Source of the DNA: Pseudomonadota bacterium
GTDB taxonomy: Bacteria; Pseudomonadota; Gammaproteobacteria; Burkholderiales; Methylophilaceae
Direction: 5' to 3'
Assembly (NCBI GenBank): GCA_040390265.1
Contig: JAZJYS010000003.1
Location: 6,129-70,128 of the forward strand
Length of the DNA: 64,000 bases
The translations under genes were made by a program, and so were the position numbers. The notes under the pieces were generated by a model, which was not told the DNA's origin, made no database searches, and saw only the letters and a program-made list of their open reading frames with translations. This document shows, one piece after another, positions 21,331 through 30,943 of this stretch (positions are counted from its first letter, which is position 1; every line of letters begins with the position of its first letter).

Positions 21331-22332
21331 ATGCGTGTAGCAGTTTTTAGTACTAAGTCTTATGACAAAACCTTTTTAGATGAAGCTAATGCTGGTCAGC
21401 ATCAGATCTTATATTTTGAACCGCGGCTAGATGCAAGTTCGGCTTTTGCGGCTGATGGCGTGCAAGCGGTATGCGCATTTGTGAACGATCACCTTGATGC
21501 TGATGCGCTTGGAGTACTGGCGCGTCAAGGTGTACGTTTGGTTGCACTACGTTGTGCCGGTTTTAATAATGTTGATCTGGTTGCAGCTCAGTCACTTGGC
21601 ATTTCAATTGCGCGCGTGCCTGAGTATTCTCCTCATTCTGTTGCAGAACATGCTGTAGCATTGTTATTGACGTTGAATAGAAAAATTCATCGAGCAAGTG
21701 CGCGCGTGCGAGAGGGTAACTTTTCACTAGATGGGCTACTCGGTTTTGATCTATATGGCAAGACTGTCGGTGTGGTTGGTACTGGTAAAATAGGTCAGTG
21801 TTTTATTCGCATTATGGCTGGTTTTGGGTGCAAAATTTTGGCTTATGACCCTTACCCTAATGCTGATTGTGTCGCTGCGGGAGCGCAATACGTTACATTG
21901 CCAGAATTGCTAAGCGGTAGTGATGTTATTAGTTTGCACTGTCCATTGACGCCTCAAACGCACCATTTGATTGATGAGAATGCAATTAAGATGATGCGGC
22001 AGGGGGTGATGCTTATTAATATCAGCCGAGGAGCGGTCGTTGATACGCGTGCCGTTATTCGTGGCTTAAAATCTGGTGTAATAGGCAGTCTTGGGTTAGA
22101 TGTCTATGAAGAGGAGGATAATTTGTTCTTCCGTGACCTATCTAACACCCTGATTCGGGATGATGTATTTGCGCGATTGTTAACATTTCCAAATGTTGTT
22201 ATCACTGGTCATCAGGCTTTTTTTACGCATGAAGCACTGGCTGAAATTGCAAAGAAAACCATAGAAAATATATCAAGCTTCGAGAAAACTGGAAATGCAG
22301 CCTATCCAATTTCAGTTGAGCGGCTTGCCTAG
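21331..22332 (+). CDS. ldhA: D-lactate dehydrogenase-like D-2-hydroxyacid dehydrogenase
   Basis: CAFVND, LRCAGFNNVD, GTGKIG, SLHCPLT, LDVYEEE and TGHQAFFT. Confidence 0.85.
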   Translation: MRVAVFSTKSYDKTFLDEANAGQHQILYFEPRLDASSAFAADGVQAVCAFVNDHLDADALGVLARQGVRLVALRCAGFNNVDLVAAQSLGISIARVPEYSPHSVAEHAVALLLTLNRKIHRASARVREGNFSLDGLLGFDLYGKTVGVVGTGKIGQCFIRIMAGFGCKILAYDPYPNADCVAAGAQYVTLPELLSGSDVISLHCPLTPQTHHLIDENAIKMMRQGVMLINISRGAVVDTRAVIRGLKSGVIGSLGLDVYEEEDNLFFRDLSNTLIRDDVFARLLTFPNVVITGHQAFFTHEALAEIAKKTIENISSFEKTGNAAYPISVERLA

Positions 22333-22336
22333 GACT

Positions 22337-23506
22337 TTATGCTAGCAGGCCTGCTACAGCGCGTTTAAAAGGTGAGATGCGGCGCCCCAAACGTATCGCG
22401 CTGCTACGCAAGAGGCGTGCTGGCGCGCTATCATTGCCATAAAGCTTGGCGATGGCATGTGTAGCAAAAAACAGTGGGCGAGTATGGCGACGGTGTGTTT
22501 GTTCGTAGCGTAGGAGAAGACTATCTGTAGCAATATCTTTACCCGAAGCTAATGCCGCTTTAATTTCAGCTGATAATGTTGCGATACCTTTTAGGCCAAA
22601 ATTGAAGCCATGCGCCGTTACCGGATGCATACCAACTGCAGCATCTCCAACCAATGCAAATCGCTGACCAACTAGACGTTTTGAATATACAGTAACCAAT
22701 GGATACGCATGGCGTGTAGAGACTAGTTGCATTGCTCCAAGCCTGTGCTTGAAGCGCGCTGAGATTTCACGGTTAAAGTCATCTTCATGCATTGTCATTA
22801 AGCTATCAATTTCTTGCGGAGTAAGCGTAATCACCACGGATGATTGCATGCCATTCATTGGCAAAAGTGCTAAAGTTTGGCCATAGTCAAACCATTCCCA
22901 TGCAGCATGCTCATGAGATACCGGGTGCTCCATGACGCAAACCATCATCACTTTGCCAAAGTCATGCATATCCGCTGCAATGCCCATGGCGCGGCGCGTT
23001 TCTGAAAAGCGGCTGTCCGCAGCTATCAATAGCTTGGTTTGAATGCTTTCTCCACTATTGAGTGTGAGATGAGTAACGTTTGTATCAACTTTAATATTGG
23101 TTACTTGTACTTCTGTGCGTAACGCAATCGCTGGTGACGATTTCACCGCATTGTATGCAGCCTTACGAATGAGGTGATTGGAAATTAAATAACCCAACTC
23201 ACCTTGTGGCGTATCGCGGTGATTAATATCTAATGAGTGTAGTGATGCGCCATTAAATATGCGTGCGTCGCGTAATGGAGAAATATCTGAAGGCTCTATG
23301 TGTGCCCACAAGCCCAGATCCTGCATTAGTTGAGCAGAGTAGTGTGTAAGTGCAATTTCTCTGCCATCAAATGCTGGCGTGGCTAATGATGCTTCGGTCT
23401 GGCGCTCGAGTACTAAAATCTTAAGGCCTGTTTCAGCAAGTGACTTTGCAAAGCTTAAGCCCGCAGGTCCAGCACCTATAATCGTTACATCAACAAGCAT
23501 GGTCAT
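22337..23506 (-). CDS. ubiM: Ubiquinone-biosynthesis flavin hydroxylase UbiM
   Basis: GAGPAG, FDGREIALTH, AADSRFS, AWEWFDYGQTLALLP and GDAAVGMHPVTAHGFN. Confidence 0.85.
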   Translation of the reverse strand: MTMLVDVTIIGAGPAGLSFAKSLAETGLKILVLERQTEASLATPAFDGREIALTHYSAQLMQDLGLWAHIEPSDISPLRDARIFNGASLHSLDINHRDTPQGELGYLISNHLIRKAAYNAVKSSPAIALRTEVQVTNIKVDTNVTHLTLNSGESIQTKLLIAADSRFSETRRAMGIAADMHDFGKVMMVCVMEHPVSHEHAAWEWFDYGQTLALLPMNGMQSSVVITLTPQEIDSLMTMHEDDFNREISARFKHRLGAMQLVSTRHAYPLVTVYSKRLVGQRFALVGDAAVGMHPVTAHGFNFGLKGIATLSAEIKAALASGKDIATDSLLLRYEQTHRRHTRPLFFATHAIAKLYGNDSAPARLLRSSAIRLGRRISPFKRAVAGLLA

Positions 23507-23520
23507 GATAAAGGGTTTGA

Positions 23521-23778
23521 TTAATTCTTTGCTGGTGTGATGCCGGTGGCCGCATGATTTCTTGCTTGAGCTGCAGGTGCAAGGCTGTCGCGATGTTCAT
23601 CTAGCGTTTTATTGATTTCGATGCCTTTGCGATAGTAATCACTTTCAGTCACAGGATCAGGCCTGCTAATGGCCAGATATAATGTGATGAATGATGCGAT
23701 GACGACTAGAACCGGGCCTGCAATAATTAGCCAAACATGCCCAAATTGCCACCAAGGTTTGGTGTCTAGTGCTTCCAT
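23521..23778 (-). CDS. ccoH: FixH/CcoH-like cbb3 assembly protein (short form)
   Basis: KPWWQFGHVWLIIAGP, one TM segment and DYYRKGIEIN; follows ccoG. Confidence 0.75.
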   Translation of the reverse strand: MEALDTKPWWQFGHVWLIIAGPVLVVIASFITLYLAISRPDPVTESDYYRKGIEINKTLDEHRDSLAPAAQARNHAATGITPAKN

Positions 23779-23820
23779 TATGCGTTCCTTATATTAAAGC
23801 TAACGGTATTATAAATACCA

Positions 23821-25284
23821 TTACCTAGGCACTAAGAATATTGATTTCTCAGTGACGGTTTCTTTACTTTCAATAGATTGAATCTCAAATTTAATTTGGT
23901 GAGATCCGGAATCCACTGAGCCATCAGGGATTTTTAAATCAACAATCAGCCAACGAGATTCTGTGGGTTTAACAATAATAGTATTGTTATGTTCTTCGTT
24001 TTCACTATCAGATTCATCTTGTTCTGTTTCAAGTTTTAGCCCTTCAAGACCTGTAGCACGCAGTTGATAATGCTGCGTCGTTTCAGTGCCGTTCATAATT
24101 TGTAGGCGATAAACATTTTCCAGCATACCGTCATCAGATAAGCGTGACATCACACCACGATCGCGGACAACGTCAACGCGGAATGGTGTCCTTAACCATA
24201 AGCTGAGTAACAAGCCTAATACCAACGAAGCAAGTATGGCTGCGTAAAGCAATACACGAGGTCTAACAATGTGCCCTAGAATCTGTTGTCTAGACCATTT
24301 GTTTGCAATGCCGTGTTGGGTGGAGAACTTTACAAGTCCTGGCTCATAACCCATTTTGTCCATCACAGTGTCACACACATCGGCACACGCACCACATTGA
24401 ATACACTCGTATTGCAGGCCTTTACGTATATCAATACCTGTAGGACATACTTGAACGCATAGACTACAGTCAATGCATGAGCCTAATTGCTTGCTATTTA
24501 ATTCGGCCTTGCGTGAACGGCCGCCACGTGGCTCGCCGCGTTGTTCATCATAAGTGACGATCAAAGTATCATCATCAAACATCGCGCTTTGGAAGCGAGC
24601 ATAAGGACACATGTATTTACAAACTTGTTCGCGCAGGAAGCCGGCATTGCCATAAGTTGCGAAACCGTAAAAGAGCACCCAGAAGGTTTCCCAAGGGCCT
24701 AGGCTCATGTTTAATGTTAGTGAGGCAAGTTCACGAATCGGTGTGAAGTAGCCAACAAATGTGAAACCAGTCCATAAGGCGAATGTAATCCAAACTAAGT
24801 GTTTAGCTGTTTTTTTAGTTAGTTTTTTAGCTGACATTGGCGATGCATCCAGCTTCATGCGAGCCGCGCGGTCACCTTCTATTTTGGATTCGAACCAAAG
24901 GAATATTTCAGTATAAACTGTTTGTGGGCAAGTAAAGCCGCACCATAGACGTCCTGCTATTGCAGTAAAGAGAAAGAGTGACAGTGCTGAAATGATCAGG
25001 ATTGCTGTCAGGTAAATTAAATCTTGTGGGTAGAAGACCAGATTGAAAATGTAGAAGCGCTTGGCTTCCAGATCAAATAATAAAGCTTGGCGTTGTCCCC
25101 ATTCTAGCCATGGCACGCCGTAAAAAAAGAGCTGGGTTAACCAAACCATAACCCAGCGCCAGTTTGTAAACACGCCAGAGGTACTGCGTGGATAAATCTT
25201 TTGTTGTGCTGCGTATAACGAGACGACGACCTCGTCTAAAGGAATCTTTGTTTCGGACTTCTTACCAACGGGGTCTACGCTCAT
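23821..25284 (-). CDS. ccoG: cbb3 oxidase accessory protein CcoG (4Fe-4S membrane protein)
   Basis: GRLWCGFTCPQT, CKYMCPYARFQ, CIDCSLCVQVCP and CIQCGACADVC. Confidence 0.95.
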   Translation of the reverse strand: MSVDPVGKKSETKIPLDEVVVSLYAAQQKIYPRSTSGVFTNWRWVMVWLTQLFFYGVPWLEWGQRQALLFDLEAKRFYIFNLVFYPQDLIYLTAILIISALSLFLFTAIAGRLWCGFTCPQTVYTEIFLWFESKIEGDRAARMKLDASPMSAKKLTKKTAKHLVWITFALWTGFTFVGYFTPIRELASLTLNMSLGPWETFWVLFYGFATYGNAGFLREQVCKYMCPYARFQSAMFDDDTLIVTYDEQRGEPRGGRSRKAELNSKQLGSCIDCSLCVQVCPTGIDIRKGLQYECIQCGACADVCDTVMDKMGYEPGLVKFSTQHGIANKWSRQQILGHIVRPRVLLYAAILASLVLGLLLSLWLRTPFRVDVVRDRGVMSRLSDDGMLENVYRLQIMNGTETTQHYQLRATGLEGLKLETEQDESDSENEEHNNTIIVKPTESRWLIVDLKIPDGSVDSGSHQIKFEIQSIESKETVTEKSIFLVPR

Positions 25285-25339
25285 TAAACAGCTTTCTATA
25301 AATTATTTATTACTACTAACTAGTGTTACAAACACAATA

Positions 25340-26239
25340 TTACTTGTGAGACATACCCCAAACATAGGCGGTCAACACATGAATTTGCTCTGGTGTGAAC
25401 TTAGTACCCCATGCTGGCATTTGGTTCACTTTACCTTCATGGATACGTTTGATGATTGCAGCTTCACCAACACCATGTAACCAGATATTATCAGTCAGGT
25501 TAAGAGCGCCAATACTTTGGTTACCCTTACCATCTGCACCATGACATGCGGCACAAACTGCAAATTTCTCTTTACCTAGTGCAGCGCGTGCTGAGTCATG
25601 ATTGCTGCCAGATAAACTTAATACATAGTTAGCAACATTTTTTACATCTTCCTCATTACCTACTGCTGCTGCCATCGGAGGCATCATACCAATACGGCCG
25701 CCAGTGATAGTTTCTTGGATTTTCTCAGGGCTTCCACCATGAATCCAGTCGTTATCAGTCAAGTTAGGGAAGCCACGACTACCACGAGCATCTGAACCGT
25801 GACAAGCTGCACAATTGTTCATGAATATACGCTCACCAATGGCTTTAGCTTCTTTGTCTTTTGCCAGTGTTTCTACAGGCATTGCAGCAAATTTTGCATA
25901 TAAAGGTTTTAATGCTTCATTTGCTGTGGCAACTTCTTTTTCATACTGACTTACTTCTGACCAACCTAGCTTACCTGCGTAACTACCTAAGCCTGGATAT
26001 GCTGCAAAGTAGAACAGTGCAAAGATGATTGTGATAATAAACATCCATACCCACCAGCGAGGTAATGGATTATTCATTTCACGGATATCTTCATCCCATA
26101 CATGGCCACTGGTATTGTCGCTGCCTGCAGCTACTTTTATTTTGCTAGTCCACCACAACAAAAGGGCACAGCCAAAAATACCGCCTAAGGCAATGACCGT
26201 GATGAACATGGGCCAAAAATTATTGATAAAGTCACTCAT
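25340..26239 (-). CDS. ccoP: cbb3-type cytochrome c oxidase subunit III
   Basis: GHVWD, NNPLPRWW and two CAACH haem motifs. Confidence 0.96.
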   Translation of the reverse strand: MSDFINNFWPMFITVIALGGIFGCALLLWWTSKIKVAAGSDNTSGHVWDEDIREMNNPLPRWWVWMFIITIIFALFYFAAYPGLGSYAGKLGWSEVSQYEKEVATANEALKPLYAKFAAMPVETLAKDKEAKAIGERIFMNNCAACHGSDARGSRGFPNLTDNDWIHGGSPEKIQETITGGRIGMMPPMAAAVGNEEDVKNVANYVLSLSGSNHDSARAALGKEKFAVCAACHGADGKGNQSIGALNLTDNIWLHGVGEAAIIKRIHEGKVNQMPAWGTKFTPEQIHVLTAYVWGMSHK

Positions 26240-26275
26240 TTTATTTTCCTCTATTCTTCATATTATGAAGTTTTC

Positions 26276-26419
26276 TTAATTTTGGTCATCTTCAAAAGGC
26301 AAGTTGGCAGCATCTTTAAAGTCTGATGTATTACGGTGCTGCCAAGTCCAGACTAAGATGCCAATAAATACAATGAAACTAGCAACTGTAACTACTATGC
26401 GAAGTGTATTAATGTCCAT
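26276..26419 (-). CDS. ccoQ: cbb3-type cytochrome c oxidase subunit CcoQ (47 aa; absent from ORF track)
   Basis: MDINTLRIVVTVASFIVFIGILVWTWQHRNTSDFKDAANLPFEDDQN*. It has an AAGGA SD, one TM segment and F..AA.LPF; lies between ccoO and ccoP. Confidence 0.93.
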   Translation of the reverse strand: MDINTLRIVVTVASFIVFIGILVWTWQHRNTSDFKDAANLPFEDDQN

Positions 26420-26465
26420 TATGCGTTCCTTCTGATGACCAAAATTTAGTAACCCATTAACTAGC

Positions 26466-27113
26466 TTATTTCAGCTCATTAAAAGCGGCTGTGCCAGCTG
26501 TGCCTAATACCTGTAGGTAGGCAACTACTGCATCCATTTCAGTTTTACCTTTTACAGCTTCAACTGAACCAGCGATATCAGCATCGGTATAAGGTACACC
26601 TACACGGCGCAGTGCTTTCATATGAGATGGCATTGCATCAGCATCAACTAGATTTTTCTCTAGCCATGGGTACGCAGGCATAATTGACTCTGGTACTAGG
26701 TCACGAGGGTTATTCAAGTGAATGCGATGCCAGTCATCACTGTATCGACCACCAACACGGTGCAAATCTGGACCAGTACGTTTACTACCCCATTGGAATG
26801 GGTGGTCATAAACAAATTCACCAGCAACTGAGTAGTGACCATAGCGCAATGTTTCTGCACGGAATGGACGAATCATTTGTGAGTGACAGTTATAACAACC
26901 TTCACGGGTGTAGATGTCGCGCCCAGCAAGTTGAATTGCTGTGTATGGTTGCAGCCCTTTAATAGGCTCAGTAGTTGATTTTTGGAAAAATAGTGGGACG
27001 ATTTCCACTAATCCACCAAATGCCACCACTACCAAAATCAGCACAATCATCAGAAAGTTACTGGTCTCAATTTTCTCGTGGGCATTACCACTTTGTGTAT
27101 CGTGATTTGACAT
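26466..27113 (-). CDS. ccoO: cbb3-type cytochrome c oxidase subunit II
   Basis: [23 protein letters not shown] and SIMPAY. Confidence 0.97.
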   Translation of the reverse strand: MSNHDTQSGNAHEKIETSNFLMIVLILVVVAFGGLVEIVPLFFQKSTTEPIKGLQPYTAIQLAGRDIYTREGCYNCHSQMIRPFRAETLRYGHYSVAGEFVYDHPFQWGSKRTGPDLHRVGGRYSDDWHRIHLNNPRDLVPESIMPAYPWLEKNLVDADAMPSHMKALRRVGVPYTDADIAGSVEAVKGKTEMDAVVAYLQVLGTAGTAAFNELK

Positions 27114-27124
27114 AATTTATTTCC

Positions 27125-28561
27125 TTAAGCGTGAGCTGCAACAGCTGGAATGTTAGCAGTAGCTGCTTTGCCGTTGGTTGCCGTTTTAATTACATTCCAC
27201 AACATGATGCTCATGCCGCTCAAGTAAAGCAGACCACCAAGCATACGAATGATGTAGTACGGATGTTTTGCTTTTACACTTTCTACGAAAGTGTAAGTCA
27301 ATGTACCGTCAGCATTAATAGCGCGCCACATTAAGCCTTCCATCACACCTGAAATCCACAGTGCGGCGATGTAAAGCACGATACCGGTTGTAGCTAACCA
27401 GAAATGCGCTTCAATCGCTTTGATGCTGTGCATTTGTTTTTGACCAAACAGACGTGGCACCATGTAGTACAACGCACCCATAGAAACCATACCCACCCAG
27501 CCTAAAGCGCCAGAGTGAACGTGACCTACAGTCCAGTCAGTGTAGTGTGATAGTGAGTTAACTGTTTTAATTGCCATCATTGGGCCTTCAAACGTACTCA
27601 TACCGTAGAAAGACAATGAAACGATCAGGAAGCGCAAGATAGGGTCTGTGCGCAATTTGTGCCATGCGCCTGACATTGTCATCATACCGTTGATCATACC
27701 GCCCCAGCTTGGAGCAAGAAGAACTAGTGAGAATGCCATACCTAAAGATTGAGTCCAGTCAGGTAATGCTGTGTAGTGCAAGTGGTGAGGACCCGCCCAC
27801 ATGTAAGTGAAAATCAATGCCCAGAAGTGCACGATAGACAAGCTGTATGAGTAAACTGGACGACCTGCTTGTTTAGGAACGAAGTAGTACATGATCCCCA
27901 AGAAACCTGCGGTCAAGAAGAAACCTACTGCGTTGTGACCATACCACCATTGCACCATTGCATCTTGTACGCCTGCATAAGCAGAGTAAGACTTCATGAA
28001 GCTTGCTGGGATTGCTGCACTGTTTACAATGTGCAATAAAGCGACTGTAAGGATAAAGGCACCGAAGAACCAGTTAGCAACATAGATGTGTTTAACTTTA
28101 CGTGTACCAACGGTACCAAAGAACACAACTGCATACGCTACCCAAACAACTGCGATTAACAGGTCAATTGGCCACTCTAACTCAGCGTACTCTTTACCTT
28201 GTGTAAAACCTAAAGGTAAGGTTACGACAGCAGATAGAATTACTAATTGCCAGCCCCAGAATGTCAGGTTGGCTAATTTTGGTAAAAATAGGCTAACTTG
28301 ACAGGTACGTTGTACTACATAGTAAGACGTTGCGAATAATGTACAGCCACCAAATGCAAAAATAACAGCATTAGTGTGTAACGGACGTAGACGACCAAAA
28401 CTTGTCCAAGGTAAGCCGAGATTGAGTTCTGGCCAGACAAGTTGAGCGGCGATAATTACGCCGACTAACATGCCAACCACACCCCAAACCACGGCCATGA
28501 TAGCAAACTTCCGTATCACGGCATCGTGATACGTGGTTGATTGTGTATTTAAGAATTGCAT
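27125..28561 (-). CDS. ccoN: cbb3-type cytochrome c oxidase subunit I
   Basis: [31 protein letters not shown] and [10 protein letters not shown]. Confidence 0.98.
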   Translation of the reverse strand: MQFLNTQSTTYHDAVIRKFAIMAVVWGVVGMLVGVIIAAQLVWPELNLGLPWTSFGRLRPLHTNAVIFAFGGCTLFATSYYVVQRTCQVSLFLPKLANLTFWGWQLVILSAVVTLPLGFTQGKEYAELEWPIDLLIAVVWVAYAVVFFGTVGTRKVKHIYVANWFFGAFILTVALLHIVNSAAIPASFMKSYSAYAGVQDAMVQWWYGHNAVGFFLTAGFLGIMYYFVPKQAGRPVYSYSLSIVHFWALIFTYMWAGPHHLHYTALPDWTQSLGMAFSLVLLAPSWGGMINGMMTMSGAWHKLRTDPILRFLIVSLSFYGMSTFEGPMMAIKTVNSLSHYTDWTVGHVHSGALGWVGMVSMGALYYMVPRLFGQKQMHSIKAIEAHFWLATTGIVLYIAALWISGVMEGLMWRAINADGTLTYTFVESVKAKHPYYIIRMLGGLLYLSGMSIMLWNVIKTATNGKAATANIPAVAAHA

Positions 28562-28643
28562 TTAGTTCCCCCCATAGTACTTAATAGATAAATCTTTGTG
28601 AGTTTCACACGTGACATATTGCCGCACCACGCTAAAAGTCCAT

Positions 28644-28657
28644 TTGATACAAATCAA
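28644..28657 (-). promoter_or_regulatory. FNR box of the ccoNOQP promoter
   Basis: TTGAT-ACAA-ATCAA is a perfect consensus, about 83 bp upstream of the ccoN start. Confidence 0.9.
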
Positions 28658-28667
28658 ACCACATGCA

Positions 28668-28710
28668 AATATGCTTATATTCTGGGTTTGATTCAGAATA
28701 TAAGCATATT
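28668..28710. repeat. Perfect 17-bp inverted repeat with 9-nt loop
   Basis: AATATGCTTATATTCTG-GGTTTGATT-CAGAATATAAGCATATT. Confidence 0.9.
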
Positions 28711-28983
28711 CAGACAGTTGCCACCCATTTTAATGGGTAAATTTAGTAGTACGCATGGTGGGATTCCCTGCGCTACTTAACTACAGATTTGCATCCGCGA
28801 ATTATAGTTGATTATGCGAGTGTATGCATACATATAGCGGGCTTTTAATGAGGTTTTTGTAGCGTTTTAGCCTTTTCTGTTTTCACGTTTTTAGTGTTGA
28901 CAGATATCATCTTAGTAATCTTTCAGGTGTCGATATGGAGTTGTCTGAATGGTTATTTAAAAAATCTAGTAAACTTCGATGCC

Positions 28984-30441
28984 ATGAAAGTATTTTATTT
29001 TTTATTAGCTATCTATTCGTGTTTTCTATGTGCTTGCAGCAAGCAGGAGGCGCATCCTGAATCTCAGCCTGCAATTGTTTTTGCAATAGCGCAGGCGCCA
29101 CTTAATTTAGACCCTCGTTATGCGACCGATGCTGCTTCGGAGCGTGTTAACCGATTGCTTTATCAGTCACTTGTGGATTTTGACGCGCAATCCAAGCCAG
29201 TTTCCACTCTGGTTGATTGGAAGAAAGTCGGTCCAACACAATATCGATTTGTTTTGAGAGCGCCGCAAGCGAAGTTTCATCATGGAACAGCACTTACTGC
29301 AGCTGACGTTGCTGCCACTTACCAGTCGTTCATACCGCTAAAAAACTCGCCACATGCCGCGGAGTTTGCCAATATTGACCATATCAGCGTGATTGATGCT
29401 AAGTCGCTGGACTTTTATCTCAAAACCCCCGATAGCCAATTCGTATCTAAGTTAATCATTGGTATTTTGCCTGCGGCACTTATTGCAAGTGGGCATGATT
29501 TTGCACATGCACCGATTGGTAGTGGGCCGTTGAAGTTCGTGTCTTGGCAGAATAAGTTGCTTTTGCAACGCTTGGCAGATCATCAACTCATCAGTTTGGT
29601 AGAAGTGAAAGACCCAACGGTTCGCGTGCTTAAGTTGTTGCACGGGGAAGCGGATTTGTTGCAAGGAGACTTGCCGCCAGAGCTGGTGAAGCATCTGCAA
29701 GCGCAAGCGGATATTACTGTTCAAACCAGTGTGGGTGCTAATTTTTCATATCTTGGTTTAAATATGCAAGATCCGGTGCTTAAAAGCTTAAAAGTTAGGC
29801 AAGCCATTGCACATGCCATTGATCGTAAGGCTATTGTGCAAAAAGTAATGGTGACTAACAGCCGAGAAGCCGGTGCAATTCTGCCGCCAGAGCATTACAC
29901 AAATGCAGGTGCAAATGCGCTGCAGTCTTATGATTACAACCCCGCACTGTCCAGGCGGTTGTTGAAAGAAGCTGGCGTGCGCTTGCCGCTGCATTTAATC
30001 TATAAAACCTCTACTGATGCGCAGCGTGTGCGCTTTGCCACTATTATGCAATCCCAGATGCGAGCGGCAGGCATTGCATTGGAAATTCGTAGCTTGGATT
30101 GGGGTACATTCTTTGAGGATGTGAAACATGGAAATTTTCAAATGTTTGGCCTGACTTGGGTCGGCATCAAAACGCCGGAGATCTATGCTAAAGCGCTAGG
30201 CTCAAATAGTTTTCCACCAAACGGATTCAATCGTGGGCGCTATGTTGATGAGGCGCTAGATGGTCTGTTGCAAAAAGAGGATTGGCCTGCGGCTACAGCA
30301 CGTATTCATCAGCAACTGCCTTACATTCCACTGTGGTACGAAGGGCAGTTTGCCGCTATGCGTAAGCGTATCCATAATTATTCCCCAAAATCTGACGGTA
30401 ATTGGGATGATTTGGCTAAAATAAGCAACTATGCACATTAA
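28984..30441 (+). CDS. Family 5 (peptide/nickel-type) ABC substrate-binding protein, lipoprotein
   Basis: Lipobox FLCAC, NLDPR, FHHG..LTAADV, PIGSGP and VRQAIAHAIDR. ATG at 28984 is preferred over the track start at 28894. Confidence 0.88.
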   Translation: MKVFYFLLAIYSCFLCACSKQEAHPESQPAIVFAIAQAPLNLDPRYATDAASERVNRLLYQSLVDFDAQSKPVSTLVDWKKVGPTQYRFVLRAPQAKFHHGTALTAADVAATYQSFIPLKNSPHAAEFANIDHISVIDAKSLDFYLKTPDSQFVSKLIIGILPAALIASGHDFAHAPIGSGPLKFVSWQNKLLLQRLADHQLISLVEVKDPTVRVLKLLHGEADLLQGDLPPELVKHLQAQADITVQTSVGANFSYLGLNMQDPVLKSLKVRQAIAHAIDRKAIVQKVMVTNSREAGAILPPEHYTNAGANALQSYDYNPALSRRLLKEAGVRLPLHLIYKTSTDAQRVRFATIMQSQMRAAGIALEIRSLDWGTFFEDVKHGNFQMFGLTWVGIKTPEIYAKALGSNSFPPNGFNRGRYVDEALDGLLQKEDWPAATARIHQQLPYIPLWYEGQFAAMRKRIHNYSPKSDGNWDDLAKISNYAH

Positions 30442-30943
30442 AATTTCTATTTCACAGCAAACTCTGACATTGATTGATGATGCAGGCGGTATTGAAGCGC
30501 AATATCGCATTTCTACTGCGTTAAATGGGTCTGGTTGCCAGAAGAATAGCGGCTGTACGCCACTCGGTATGCACATTGTTCGCGCCAAGATTGGTTCAGG
30601 CTCGCCTGTGAATACGGTATTTGTCGGGCGTAGAGTCACGGGTGAAATTTGTACGCCAGAGTTAATGGCTGCGTTTCCGAATCGCGATTGGATTCTAACG
30701 CGTATTTTATGGCTATCCGGCTGTGAAGTCGGTGTTAATCGGCTTGGTAATGTGGATACCATGCAGCGCTATATTTATATTCATGGCTCGCCTGATTCTG
30801 CCGAAATGGGTAAGGCTGAATCGCATGGCTGTATTCGTATGCGTAATGCAGACATTATCGAGTTGTTTGACAGAGTGAATGTAGGTACAAGCGTGCAGAT
30901 TCTGGATGAAGCTGAGACTAGTGTTGGTGACCCGCATGCTTAG
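30431..30943 (+). CDS. Stand-alone YkuD-domain protein with no signal peptide; ElsL-like L,D-carboxypeptidase/transpeptidase
   Basis: YRISTA, TPLG, RDWILTRILWL and RYIYIHG...SHGCIRM (catalytic His/Cys). Overlaps both neighbouring genes. Confidence 0.85.
   Translation: MHIKISISQQTLTLIDDAGGIEAQYRISTALNGSGCQKNSGCTPLGMHIVRAKIGSGSPVNTVFVGRRVTGEICTPELMAAFPNRDWILTRILWLSGCEVGVNRLGNVDTMQRYIYIHGSPDSAEMGKAESHGCIRMRNADIIELFDRVNVGTSVQILDEAETSVGDPHA

Noticed and set aside
28598-28780. 60-aa ORF in the ccoN upstream region
   Set aside because: It has a non-ATG start, runs across the FNR box and inverted repeats, and has no protein-like features.
28894-28983. Longer N-terminal extensions in the track (also at 17004, 30906, 36830, 38929, 49039, 54368, 57518)
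   Set aside because: Downstream ATGs give better SD spacing, proper signal peptides or family-typical N-termini, and avoid overlaps.
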